Below, piece by piece: positions 26,040 through 33,327 of a DNA stretch of 64,000 nucleotides. The notes under the pieces were generated by a model, which saw nothing but the letters and a program-made list of their open reading frames with translations, ran no database searches and was not told the origin of the DNA. Origin of the DNA: a virus (Duplodnaviria; Heunggongvirae; Uroviricota; Caudoviricetes); IMG/VR virus record IMGVR_UViG_3300028602_000005, positions 190,911-254,910 of that record; one strand, written 5' to 3'. How positions within the stretch are numbered: the first letter of the stretch is position 1; each line of letters begins with the position of its first letter. A program made the position numbers and the translations under genes.

Positions 26040-27299
26040 CTATTGTTTCTGTTTCCATATTTGAACTTCAGATCCTTTCATATTATGAATAGGTTTAATT
26101 TTAAAAAGAACATTTACAGTTGGTTCAATTAATAATTCTATTAATTCTGAGTCTTTATAAACTTCTGGAGATTCATCTATTGTTGTTTCATTTAAATTTG
26201 TTGAAAATATACCTCTCATATCATATTGATAATTTTCAACTTTTAAAGTTTTCTTTGCTTTAGATCTGCTTAATACTCGACCAGATCCATGTGGAGCAGA
26301 ACAATTCCAATCTGTATTTGATTTTCCTTCACAGATTAAAATTCCATCTCTCATATTAAATGGGATTATACACCTTTCACCCTTATATGCTCTTATCGCC
26401 CCTTTTCTTATAATATTATCTTCAAAACAGTAATAATTATGTATTGTTTCGATTTTGTCAAGTATTTTTTTATTTAAAATATCATTGACTATTATTTCTA
26501 TAATCTTTTCTCTGTTTAAAGAAGCAAATTCTTGAACGAATTTCATATCTTGAAGGTAAGATTCCATATCTTCACCCTCTAAATATGATAATTCTCTTGA
26601 AACATTATCAAGTTGAAATTTATCTTTTAATTTTTTTATTTTAAGTTGTATTTCATTTTTATCTAATGTTTCATCTAAAACCTTTTTAACTTCTTTCTTA
26701 AATAAAATTTCTCTTTTTGATTCTATATTTTTTTCTGCTCTTTTTTGCCAATATTCACATGTTACTTTTCCAAGATGCCTAGATCCTGTATGAACAGTTA
26801 ACCAAACATTTTCTTCTGGATCTTTTCCAAATTCAATAAAGTGATTTCCGCCACCTAATGTTCCAATAGATTTTAGAAAATATTCATTTTTATTATTCCA
26901 TCTTTTTTGACAAGATTTCTCAAACCAATCATAAGTAAATTCTTTTTTAAATAAAACATTAATTCCATTAATTACTTTTTCTCTTATATTTATTCCAAAT
27001 GGAATTAATTCTCTTATCTTTTTATCAACTTCATCATGATCTAATTCAATCTTTCCAAGATTGACTGATAACATGCCTCAAGAACCATCAACTCCAACAA
27101 TGTTTGGAATTATTTTATCTCCTTTTTCCATTGTGAATCCGATAACTGCTCCTTTTCCAGCATGAGTATCTGGCATCACAATAATTGGATTTGGAAATGC
27201 GGGATTATTAACCATTTGATTTATTTGTTTTAAACACTCTTCTTCAACTTCATCAATCATAATATACGCATTTGTATATTTTCCAGTAATTACTATCAT
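26040..27299 (-). CDS. rtcB: RtcB RNA ligase (419 aa) with in-frame UGA at the conserved Cys; candidate selenoprotein
   Basis: The two listed ORFs are one frame: ..VGVDGS-TGA-GMLSV.. aligns to the RtcB VGVDIGCGM motif. PDTHAG, GGGNHF, HTGSR, HNY, RKGA, SAPHGSGR and DESP..YK are all intact. Confidence 0.9.
27035..27075 (-). promoter_or_regulatory. putative bacterial SECIS element
   Basis: Perfect stem UCAAUCUU/AAGAUUGA with GGA loop starting 21 nt after the UGA; lower CAUG/CAUG and AUC/GAU pairings. Confidence 0.7.
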
Positions 27300-27301
27300 T
27301 T

Positions 27302-27700
27302 TTAATCCTTTAGAAATTTATTATAAAAATCTTTTTCTCCTTGATGAAATCTTCCTTCTTCGGTAAGTCCTTTATTGAAGAGTATATTTTTGATTCTTAA
27401 TAGATATTTCTCTTTTAAAAATTTTTTACTTGGTTTTCGATCCATAGATAGTAATGTTAATGCATCACCCAAACACTCTCTTAGATCGCTATCATTTTCT
27501 CTTTTACATTTTTTTCTATATTCTATTAAATTTTCACTGATTCTCAATAAAATTTGTGGGTAAAATCTAACATATTTATCAATCATTAAAAGAACACTTT
27601 TTAGATGTTTTTCTTCTTCTTCATTTAATAAAACCTTCATTAAATTATTAAGGTCATCAAAAATTTTATTTCTATCTTCTTCTTGTATTCTCTTATCCAT
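27302..27700 (-). CDS. hypothetical protein
   Basis: 132-aa ORF, tightly packed. Confidence 0.6.
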   Translation of the reverse strand: MDKRIQEEDRNKIFDDLNNLMKVLLNEEEEKHLKSVLLMIDKYVRFYPQILLRISENLIEYRKKCKRENDSDLRECLGDALTLLSMDRKPSKKFLKEKYLLRIKNILFNKGLTEEGRFHQGEKDFYNKFLKD

Positions 27701-27986
27701 TTATAATCTCCTTTACAGAAACTCTAACTACTTTTCCAAAACCATTTTCTTCACAATATTTAAATCCATCTGGAGAACACATTCTAACTAAAAATTCCTT
27801 TTTATAAATGAAATCTAGATCATTATCTTTTAAATCCAAATATCCATAATAATCCCCATTTTCATCGATTTCAACTTCGACACCAATTATTTCATTTTCT
27901 GGAACACCACAATATTTAACAACTTTTGGACTAACATAGAAATGATCAAAATATCCATCTTTTCTTTTATGTGCATATAATTTCAT
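27693..27986 (-). CDS. hypothetical protein
   Basis: 97-aa ORF with ATGA overlap. Confidence 0.65.
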   Translation of the reverse strand: MKLYAHKRKDGYFDHFYVSPKVVKYCGVPENEIIGVEVEIDENGDYYGYLDLKDNDLDFIYKKEFLVRMCSPDGFKYCEENGFGKVVRVSVKEIING

Positions 27987-28264
27987 ATAGACTGTATCTC
28001 TTTCAGAAATTTTTTGAAGTTTGGACCAGATTTTGCCATCTTAACTTTTTTATCATTTATTTTATAAATATCAGGATAAAAAACTTCTATAATTTTTTCT
28101 TCGACTAAATAATCTTCAAATTCTTTTATTGGCCCCCACATTACATCATCATCTACCAATCTTAACATTAAAAGTATATAATATTTACTTAATTCTAATC
28201 CCTCTTTTAATATTATTCTTTTTTGCTCATCTGAAACCGGAGGTCTATCTATTAAACTTCCCAT
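27983..28264 (-). CDS. hypothetical protein (start reassigned to ATG at 28264)
   Basis: AAGGA RBS precedes MGSLIDRPP; the longer listed start overlaps a structured RNA. Confidence 0.55.
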   Translation of the reverse strand: MGSLIDRPPVSDEQKRIILKEGLELSKYYILLMLRLVDDDVMWGPIKEFEDYLVEEKIIEVFYPDIYKINDKKVKMAKSGPNFKKFLKEIQSI

Positions 28265-28299
28265 CAAATTTTCCTTTAAATAATTTTGAAAAATGGTTA

Positions 28300-28370
28300 G
28301 TGGGAACAATAGAATTAAAAGGGCTGCTAGAAATTATTCTAACCCACTTACATTAATCTATTGAACCCAC
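28300..28370 (-). ncRNA. candidate structured ncRNA (long bulged hairpin)
   Basis: Nested pairings GTGGG/CCCAC, CAATAGA/TCTATTG, TTAA/TTAA, GGGTT/AGCCC, AGAA/TTCT; lies 10 nt downstream of tRNA-Pro. Confidence 0.5.
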
Positions 28371-28380
28371 TCTTATATAT

Positions 28381-28458
28381 TGGTCGGAGTAGAAGGACTT
28401 GAACCTTCGAAACCCCTCGCTCCCAAAGCGAGTGCTCTACCAACTGAGCTACACTCCG
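28381..28458 (-). tRNA. tRNA-Pro(UGG)
   Basis: CTCGC-TTTGGGA-GCGAG, C1-G72, ACCA end. Confidence 0.95.
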
Positions 28459-28468
28459 ATATTTTTAT

Positions 28469-28759
28469 TTACCAAGGTAAAACCATTTTAACCTCAAGAT
28501 TATCATATTTAAATATATGACTAAGTTTTTCACTGTCAAATCTTATTGAATGCGATAATTCTGAATTAACTGAAATAACACATTCATAGTGTTCTCCAAT
28601 AATTTTTAATAAAATATCATACTCTGTATTTTCAAATGAAATATCATATATTCTTGATTTTTTTAATTTATCAAATATAAAAAATCCTTTTTCAATCCAC
28701 TTAAGTTTATTATTTACTATATCATTTATAATTTTCATTTTATAATTTTCAAATTTCAT
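28469..28759 (-). CDS. hypothetical protein
   Basis: 96-aa ORF between tRNAs, GGAG RBS. Confidence 0.6.
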   Translation of the reverse strand: MKFENYKMKIINDIVNNKLKWIEKGFFIFDKLKKSRIYDISFENTEYDILLKIIGEHYECVISVNSELSHSIRFDSEKLSHIFKYDNLEVKMVLPW

Positions 28760-28781
28760 TGTTCACTCCAAAATTAAAAAA

Positions 28782-28857
28782 TGGAGCCGGTAGAAGGAAT
28801 CGAACCCTCGACAAGATGATTACAAAACATCTGCTCTACCTACTGAGCTATACCGGC
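28782..28857 (-). tRNA. tRNA-Thr(UGU)
   Basis: GATGT-TTTGTAA-TCATC (U31-U39 mismatch), encoded CCA. Confidence 0.92.
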
Positions 28858-28862
28858 TCAAA

Positions 28863-28954
28863 GAGCTAAAAATGGCTTACATTTGATTATTTTTATTATA
28901 GACATAGTTTATATCTAATATTTAAAATAATCTAATCTCATCTGTTTCTAGCTC
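28863..28954 (-). ncRNA. candidate rod-shaped ncRNA with 12x12-nt central bubble
   Basis: 10-bp stem GAGCTAGAAA/TTTTTAGCTC, symmetric 12-nt internal loop, 9-bp stem GATTATTTT/AAAATAATC and apical hairpin; fills the Lys-Thr tRNA spacer. Confidence 0.55.
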
Positions 28955-28967
28955 ATTTTAAATTATA

Positions 28968-29044
28968 TGGTGAGGATGGTGAGGATCGAACTCACAACTT
29001 ACGGATTAAAGGTCCGTTACTCTATCCAATTGAGTTACATCCCC
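28968..29044 (-). tRNA. tRNA-Lys(UUU) with C33
   Basis: ACGGA-CCTTTAA-TCCGT, TTCGATC T loop, ACCA end. Confidence 0.92.
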
Positions 29045-29045
29045 T

Positions 29046-29104
29046 TGGTCATGGGAAGGGCAATACCCTATTCAAAATACTCTAGAAATATTTTTAATCC
29101 CATG
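29046..29104 (-). ncRNA. D-arm-less tRNA-like RNA, CUA triplet in loop (59 nt)
   Basis: CATGGGA/TCCCATG-A-CCA acceptor; AAAATAT-TTCTAGA-GTATTTT arm; AGGG-TATTG-CCCT mini T arm. Confidence 0.7.
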
Positions 29105-29113
29105 ATATTATAT

Positions 29114-29184
29114 TGGCTCACATGGAAGGACTTTAACCTTCATAAAAGAACTCTAGATATCCTTTTATTCTTCCCGACATATGA
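29114..29184 (-). ncRNA. D-arm-less tRNA-like RNA, CUA triplet in loop (71 nt)
   Basis: TCATATG/CATGTGA-G-CCA acceptor; TAAAAGGAT-ATCTAGA-GTTCTTTTA arm; GAAGG-TTAAAGT-CCTTC T arm. Confidence 0.72.
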
Positions 29185-29195
29185 ATATTTCAGAT

Positions 29196-29273
29196 TGGAG
29201 GGGATAGAGAGATTCGAACTCTCAACCCTCAGATTAGAAGTCTGATGCTCTAGATCCATTGAGCTATATCCCC
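29196..29273 (-). tRNA. tRNA-Arg(UCU)
   Basis: TCAGA-CTTCTAA-TCTGA, TTCGAAT T loop, encoded CCA. Confidence 0.93.
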
Positions 29274-29275
29274 TT

Positions 29276-29349
29276 TGGCTCTCAGATTAGGGTTCGAACC
29301 TAAATTGGAGGATTCAAAGTCCTCTATCCTACCATTAGACGATCTGAGA
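29276..29349 (-). tRNA. tRNA-Gln(UUG)
   Basis: GAGGA-CTTTGAA-TCCTC, U1-A72, GCCA end. Confidence 0.93.
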
Positions 29350-29358
29350 ATAAACTTT

Positions 29359-30060
29359 TTATCCTATACCAAAATTTGAAACACTTTTCAATTCTTTTGG
29401 TACACACTCAGGATCATAAATATATTCTTCTTTTTCTTTATCCCATTTAAACCAAAAACATTCAGTGTAAGGATAAAGACCTTCATAAGTTTTTTCAATT
29501 ACTGCAAAATTATAATCACCTTCATTAATATCGCAATAATTTTTTTCTACGGTTTCTCTTGAATGATTATAATTTGAAAACCAACCAACAATTCTCTCTT
29601 TTTTAATATCAGCTTTTAAAAACATCAATGTTGTTATAGTATAAATCCAATAATGCATAACAATCCCATTAGCATTATCAAAATCTATATATTGAAGTTT
29701 TACTTTTTCCCAATCTATATTTTCACTCATTTCTCTAATAAATCCAATAGAAATTGGACAATCAAAACATATATCACTTATTTTCAAATCTAATTGTTCT
29801 AATTTGGATTCATCTACTTCTATATAAAAATCAATCTCAAAATATTTTTTATCTATATTGATATTTTTTAATATAAATGATTCACAAACTCCAATACATC
29901 CAATATCTCTTGTATATACCCCAACAGGATATATTTTTCTTTTTTCTGGATCATCTTTATCATTTTCAAATTTATTGAAAAAATTCAAAAACCTAAAATT
30001 TCCAACTTCTGATAAATCATCTTTATTGTCAAAGAACTTATAAGTAATCACTTTTTCCAT
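29359..30060 (-). CDS. hypothetical protein
   Basis: 233-aa ORF. Confidence 0.6.
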   Translation of the reverse strand: MEKVITYKFFDNKDDLSEVGNFRFLNFFNKFENDKDDPEKRKIYPVGVYTRDIGCIGVCESFILKNINIDKKYFEIDFYIEVDESKLEQLDLKISDICFDCPISIGFIREMSENIDWEKVKLQYIDFDNANGIVMHYWIYTITTLMFLKADIKKERIVGWFSNYNHSRETVEKNYCDINEGDYNFAVIEKTYEGLYPYTECFWFKWDKEKEEYIYDPECVPKELKSVSNFGIG

Positions 30061-30299
30061 ATATTCTTTATTCTCCCAATTAAATTGAAAAATCTTCTAA
30101 AATCCCAAACTGGCCAAATATGATCTCTTCCCCCAAAAATATTATCACATATGAAACTATTTATTCCTGTTACTTTATAAATTTTTGTTTTTTTATAATC
30201 ATCTTTAAAATATAACCATTCAAAAAATTTTTTAAATTTTTCCAAATTTAATATTTGTACATAAATCTTTCTAATTCCTCGAAAATAACTGATTTCCAT
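30048..30299 (-). CDS. hypothetical protein
   Basis: 83-aa ORF overlapping neighbours. Confidence 0.5.
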   Translation of the reverse strand: MEISYFRGIRKIYVQILNLEKFKKFFEWLYFKDDYKKTKIYKVTGINSFICDNIFGGRDHIWPVWDFRRFFNLIGRIKNIWKK

Positions 30300-30667
30300 A
30301 ATTTATTTTCTTTCTTTGTTTTAATATACATTTTAATGAAAATTAAAATCATAAAATATATTAATCCTGGAATTGTTATAAACCAAATTAATGAAGCTAT
30401 AATTAATTTAAAACTTAAAAATATAATAAAGAATACATATGTTTCTATTAATGAATAGTATGTACTATTAAAAGAAATATGAAATAATCTATCAAGAAAT
30501 TCATTTATCCTTATTTTTTCTTCATTAATATATAAATAAGAAGAATAAACTATTTGTAAAATTATCAAAATTAATATAAAAAACAAAGATATTTGAAGGA
30601 AAACTAAAAATACTTGAACATAATTATCTATTAAAAAATACAATAAATATTCGATAACCTTTAACAT
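30248..30667 (-). CDS. membrane protein
   Basis: Several long hydrophobic segments; AAGGTG RBS. Confidence 0.6.
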   Translation of the reverse strand: MLKVIEYLLYFLIDNYVQVFLVFLQISLFFILILIILQIVYSSYLYINEEKIRINEFLDRLFHISFNSTYYSLIETYVFFIIFLSFKLIIASLIWFITIPGLIYFMILIFIKMYIKTKKENKLWKSVIFEELERFMYKY

Positions 30668-30691
30668 TTTTTCACCTTTTTTCTTTAAAAA

Positions 30692-30781
30692 TGGAGGTAG
30701 GAGTGGGATTTGAACCCACGGACCTTTTACGATCTCTAGTTTTCAAGACTAGCTCCATAAACCTAACTCGGACATCCTACC
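30692..30781 (-). tRNA. tRNA-Ser(UGA)
   Basis: CTAGT-CTTGAAA-ACTAG, long variable arm, encoded CCA. Confidence 0.92.
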
Positions 30782-30792
30782 TTAATATAAAT

Positions 30793-30887
30793 TGGCAGAA
30801 GGGATAGGATTCGAACCTACGGGTCTACTTTTATTTTCAACCAATGGTTTAGCAAACCATCTCTTTAAGCCACTCAGACACCCTTCT
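30793..30887 (-). tRNA. tRNA-Ser(GCU)
   Basis: ATGGT-TTGCTAA-ACCAT, long variable arm, GCCA end. Confidence 0.92.
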
Positions 30888-30938
30888 ATTTATAAAATTA
30901 ATATATAATTCATATACTACATTTTCAGTAGTAATAAA

Positions 30939-30946
30939 TTTGTTCT
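30939..30946 (-). promoter_or_regulatory. candidate phage promoter motif AGAACAAA upstream of the tRNA cluster
   Basis: Same 8-mer occurs in intergenic DNA at 53629-53636 and 61938-61945. Confidence 0.4.
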
Positions 30947-31011
30947 TAATTTTTTCAGAAATATTTTTATATTATTTAATACTATCTAAATTTATAATTA
31001 TATTTAATTTT

Positions 31012-31398
31012 TTATTCATTATCAAGCTTTTTTAAATACTCATATACTAATAATGCAAAATTTGATGGATTAACTAAATATCTTAATGGTCCCATTACAA
31101 AATTTGGATCAAAATTTATATATTTATCTGTAACCCAATCTGTAAAAATGAACCAATCATCTCTTTTAGACATCCATTCCCATAAATCGCCTAAATCATT
31201 CCATGTTTTAAATGTTCTATTTCTTACATTTCTATTTTTACATTTTCCACATCTTTCTTCATAATGAATATTAAAATGTGGTCCACTTACAACTTCATGT
31301 AAATAAATATTTTCATGCCAACATAAATCCATTTTTTTAGTAAGATATTTGGCAATATCCTCATTTAATTCTATTTCTGCCATATGTTCCCTTTTCAA
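31012..31398 (-). CDS. hypothetical protein
   Basis: 128-aa ORF with CWH..CGKC motif. Confidence 0.6.
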   Translation of the reverse strand: MKREHMAEIELNEDIAKYLTKKMDLCWHENIYLHEVVSGPHFNIHYEERCGKCKNRNVRNRTFKTWNDLGDLWEWMSKRDDWFIFTDWVTDKYINFDPNFVMGPLRYLVNPSNFALLVYEYLKKLDNE

Positions 31399-31469
31399 CT
31401 AACCATAGATATAAAAAGACCAATAATAAGTCCTAATAATATTAAAATAATAGCAAATATATAAAACAT
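31395..31469 (-). CDS. 24-aa hydrophobic microprotein (not in ORF track)
   Basis: MFYIFAIILILLGLIIGLFISMVS*; fills the gap exactly, AAGGA RBS. Confidence 0.5.
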   Translation of the reverse strand: MFYIFAIILILLGLIIGLFISMVS

Positions 31470-31472
31470 AAA

Positions 31473-32039
31473 TTAATCCTTTTCAAAATATCTTCTTGTC
31501 AAAAATTTAACAGTTCCGATTAATCTATATAATATTAATCGATTTTCTTCCTTTAAGATTGTATCTATATCTTTATCTTTCAAATCCTTAAATTCTTCAA
31601 GAAATTTTATATATGAATTTGCTTTAATACTATTTTCAAAATTTTCTTTACTTAAATTAGATATCTTACTTAATAACACTTTTTCAATTGTAGTGGAATA
31701 ATTTTTAAAATTAAAGTTTTTCTTCTTTGAATTTAAATTTTCCTTTTCACAAATAAGTTTGGAAATTTTTTCTTTATAATATTCAATATTTCCAAGACAA
31801 TTAATCAATTTGTTTTCAGTATTTTCTATTTCTAAAGTTATATCTTCTATTGTAGGTTTGACATCAATTCCTTCTGCATTATAACCATTTTCATAACCAC
31901 CATCAGATGTTTCTCCCCACGACTCTAATGATTGTTGAAGTCTCTCAGAATCGTTGCGATCATCTATATCTAATGCCAAAATCTCATCATGTTTACCACC
32001 TCTATAGAATTTGGTAAATTTTACCCATTGAAATAACAT
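31473..32039 (-). CDS. hypothetical protein
   Basis: 188-aa ORF with AGAGGA RBS. Confidence 0.6.
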   Translation of the reverse strand: MLFQWVKFTKFYRGGKHDEILALDIDDRNDSERLQQSLESWGETSDGGYENGYNAEGIDVKPTIEDITLEIENTENKLINCLGNIEYYKEKISKLICEKENLNSKKKNFNFKNYSTTIEKVLLSKISNLSKENFENSIKANSYIKFLEEFKDLKDKDIDTILKEENRLILYRLIGTVKFLTRRYFEKD

Positions 32040-32059
32040 TTTTTAATCCTCTTTATCTT

Positions 32060-33103
32060 TCATTCTCCATTATTTATCAATTCTGAACATGCCTCTATAA
32101 TTGAAATTCCTTCTTTAAGATATTCTTCATGTTCTTCTTTTGGAGTTTCCATTATTTCTAAATATTTAATCATTTTATCATTCATAGACATTGCATTTGT
32201 AATGCCTCTATTGGTTATATCCTTTTCGATATTATCTATAACTAAAATATCTTCTGATAGATTATCAAATTTAACATTTTCAGAAACTTTATCTAATCTG
32301 ACAAAATTTCCAAGTTTTTTCATTTCATTTGCTTCTTTTATAACTTCTTCATAATTATTTTCATTCAATTCAAATTGACAGTATTTTTTATATCCTTTTG
32401 TTGGAAAAGATTCTATTTTATCATTATCAGTATCGACAACTAAATATCTTTTTTCTTCCCCTTTTTCACCCCAATCTCTTTGAATTATTGATCCAACATA
32501 ATAAACTCTTAATGATTCTTCAATAATTTCTTGAGGTTTATGATAATGACCTAATAATACTGTTTTATATTTTCCTCTTAAATCTTTTAATCCAATATTA
32601 CTTTTAATACTTAATCCTGAATTTAACATACCCTCACTTAAACCAAAATGAGAAATTAAATAATCTGCTTCTTTCTCTTTTATAATATCTATCATTTTAC
32701 TTGAAAATGGAACAAGTAATATTTTACCATTATCTATAAATTCATAATCTCCCTGAACTCTAAAAACATTTGGTTCATTATCTATAGATTTTAATGCTGA
32801 TGTTTGTATTTCACTTTTAGAATCTTTATCATGATTTCCATCCAGAACTATAAAATCCATATCCCTATTATTTCTAAATATATCTAAAAGTAGTGATTGT
32901 GCTATTGTATAAATAATAGATTTATTATGAAGCGAATCACCACTTATAATAAGCGTTTTTATGTAATTACTTAAAAGTTCGGAAATCATTTCTTGAGCAG
33001 CATTATAAGACCAACTTAATCTTTCTGGCAATTTAGAACTTAAATCTATTTTATCTTGTGAGTATCCTGTAAAATGCCAATCTGCTGAATGTCCAAATTT
33101 CAT
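32060..33103 (-). CDS. sbcD: SbcD/Mre11/gp47-like nuclease
   Basis: SADWH, SGDSLH, GNHD, SH, LGHYHKPQ, YVGS. Confidence 0.92.
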   Translation of the reverse strand: MKFGHSADWHFTGYSQDKIDLSSKLPERLSWSYNAAQEMISELLSNYIKTLIISGDSLHNKSIIYTIAQSLLLDIFRNNRDMDFIVLDGNHDKDSKSEIQTSALKSIDNEPNVFRVQGDYEFIDNGKILLVPFSSKMIDIIKEKEADYLISHFGLSEGMLNSGLSIKSNIGLKDLRGKYKTVLLGHYHKPQEIIEESLRVYYVGSIIQRDWGEKGEEKRYLVVDTDNDKIESFPTKGYKKYCQFELNENNYEEVIKEANEMKKLGNFVRLDKVSENVKFDNLSEDILVIDNIEKDITNRGITNAMSMNDKMIKYLEIMETPKEEHEEYLKEGISIIEACSELINNGE

Positions 33104-33309
33104 TTTTTTGTCTCCGAATATATTATGACATCTCTTAATTCATATATCGCATCAACTATCAGTGTATAAAAATCTAAAGTCAAAAATTTTGATTCTCTTA
33201 AATCATGAGCATTATTTATATCATCCTCATGTTTTCTTGATATTTCTTCTATATTTTCTATAAATTTTAAAATATTCTTTTTATCAAACAAGTTACAAAA
33301 ATCCTCCAA
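33100..33309 (-). CDS. hypothetical protein
   Basis: 69-aa ORF with ATGA overlap. Confidence 0.5.
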   Translation of the reverse strand: MEDFCNLFDKKNILKFIENIEEISRKHEDDINNAHDLRESKFLTLDFYTLIVDAIYELRDVIIYSETKK

Positions 33310-33327
33310 ACAAATACAATTTTTATT

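Noticed and set aside
26040-27299. rtcB as a pseudogene or two genes
   Set aside because: There is a single in-frame stop exactly at the conserved Cys, all other motifs are intact, and a well-placed hairpin follows. A point mutation is not fully excluded.
29114-29184. tRNA-Pyl
   Set aside because: CUA and G73 fit, but there is no D stem, the loop differs from CUCUAAA, and no pyl genes are in the window.
30692-30781. tRNA-Sec
   Set aside because: The anticodon is UGA (reads UCA, Ser), not UCA, with a normal 7/5 fold.
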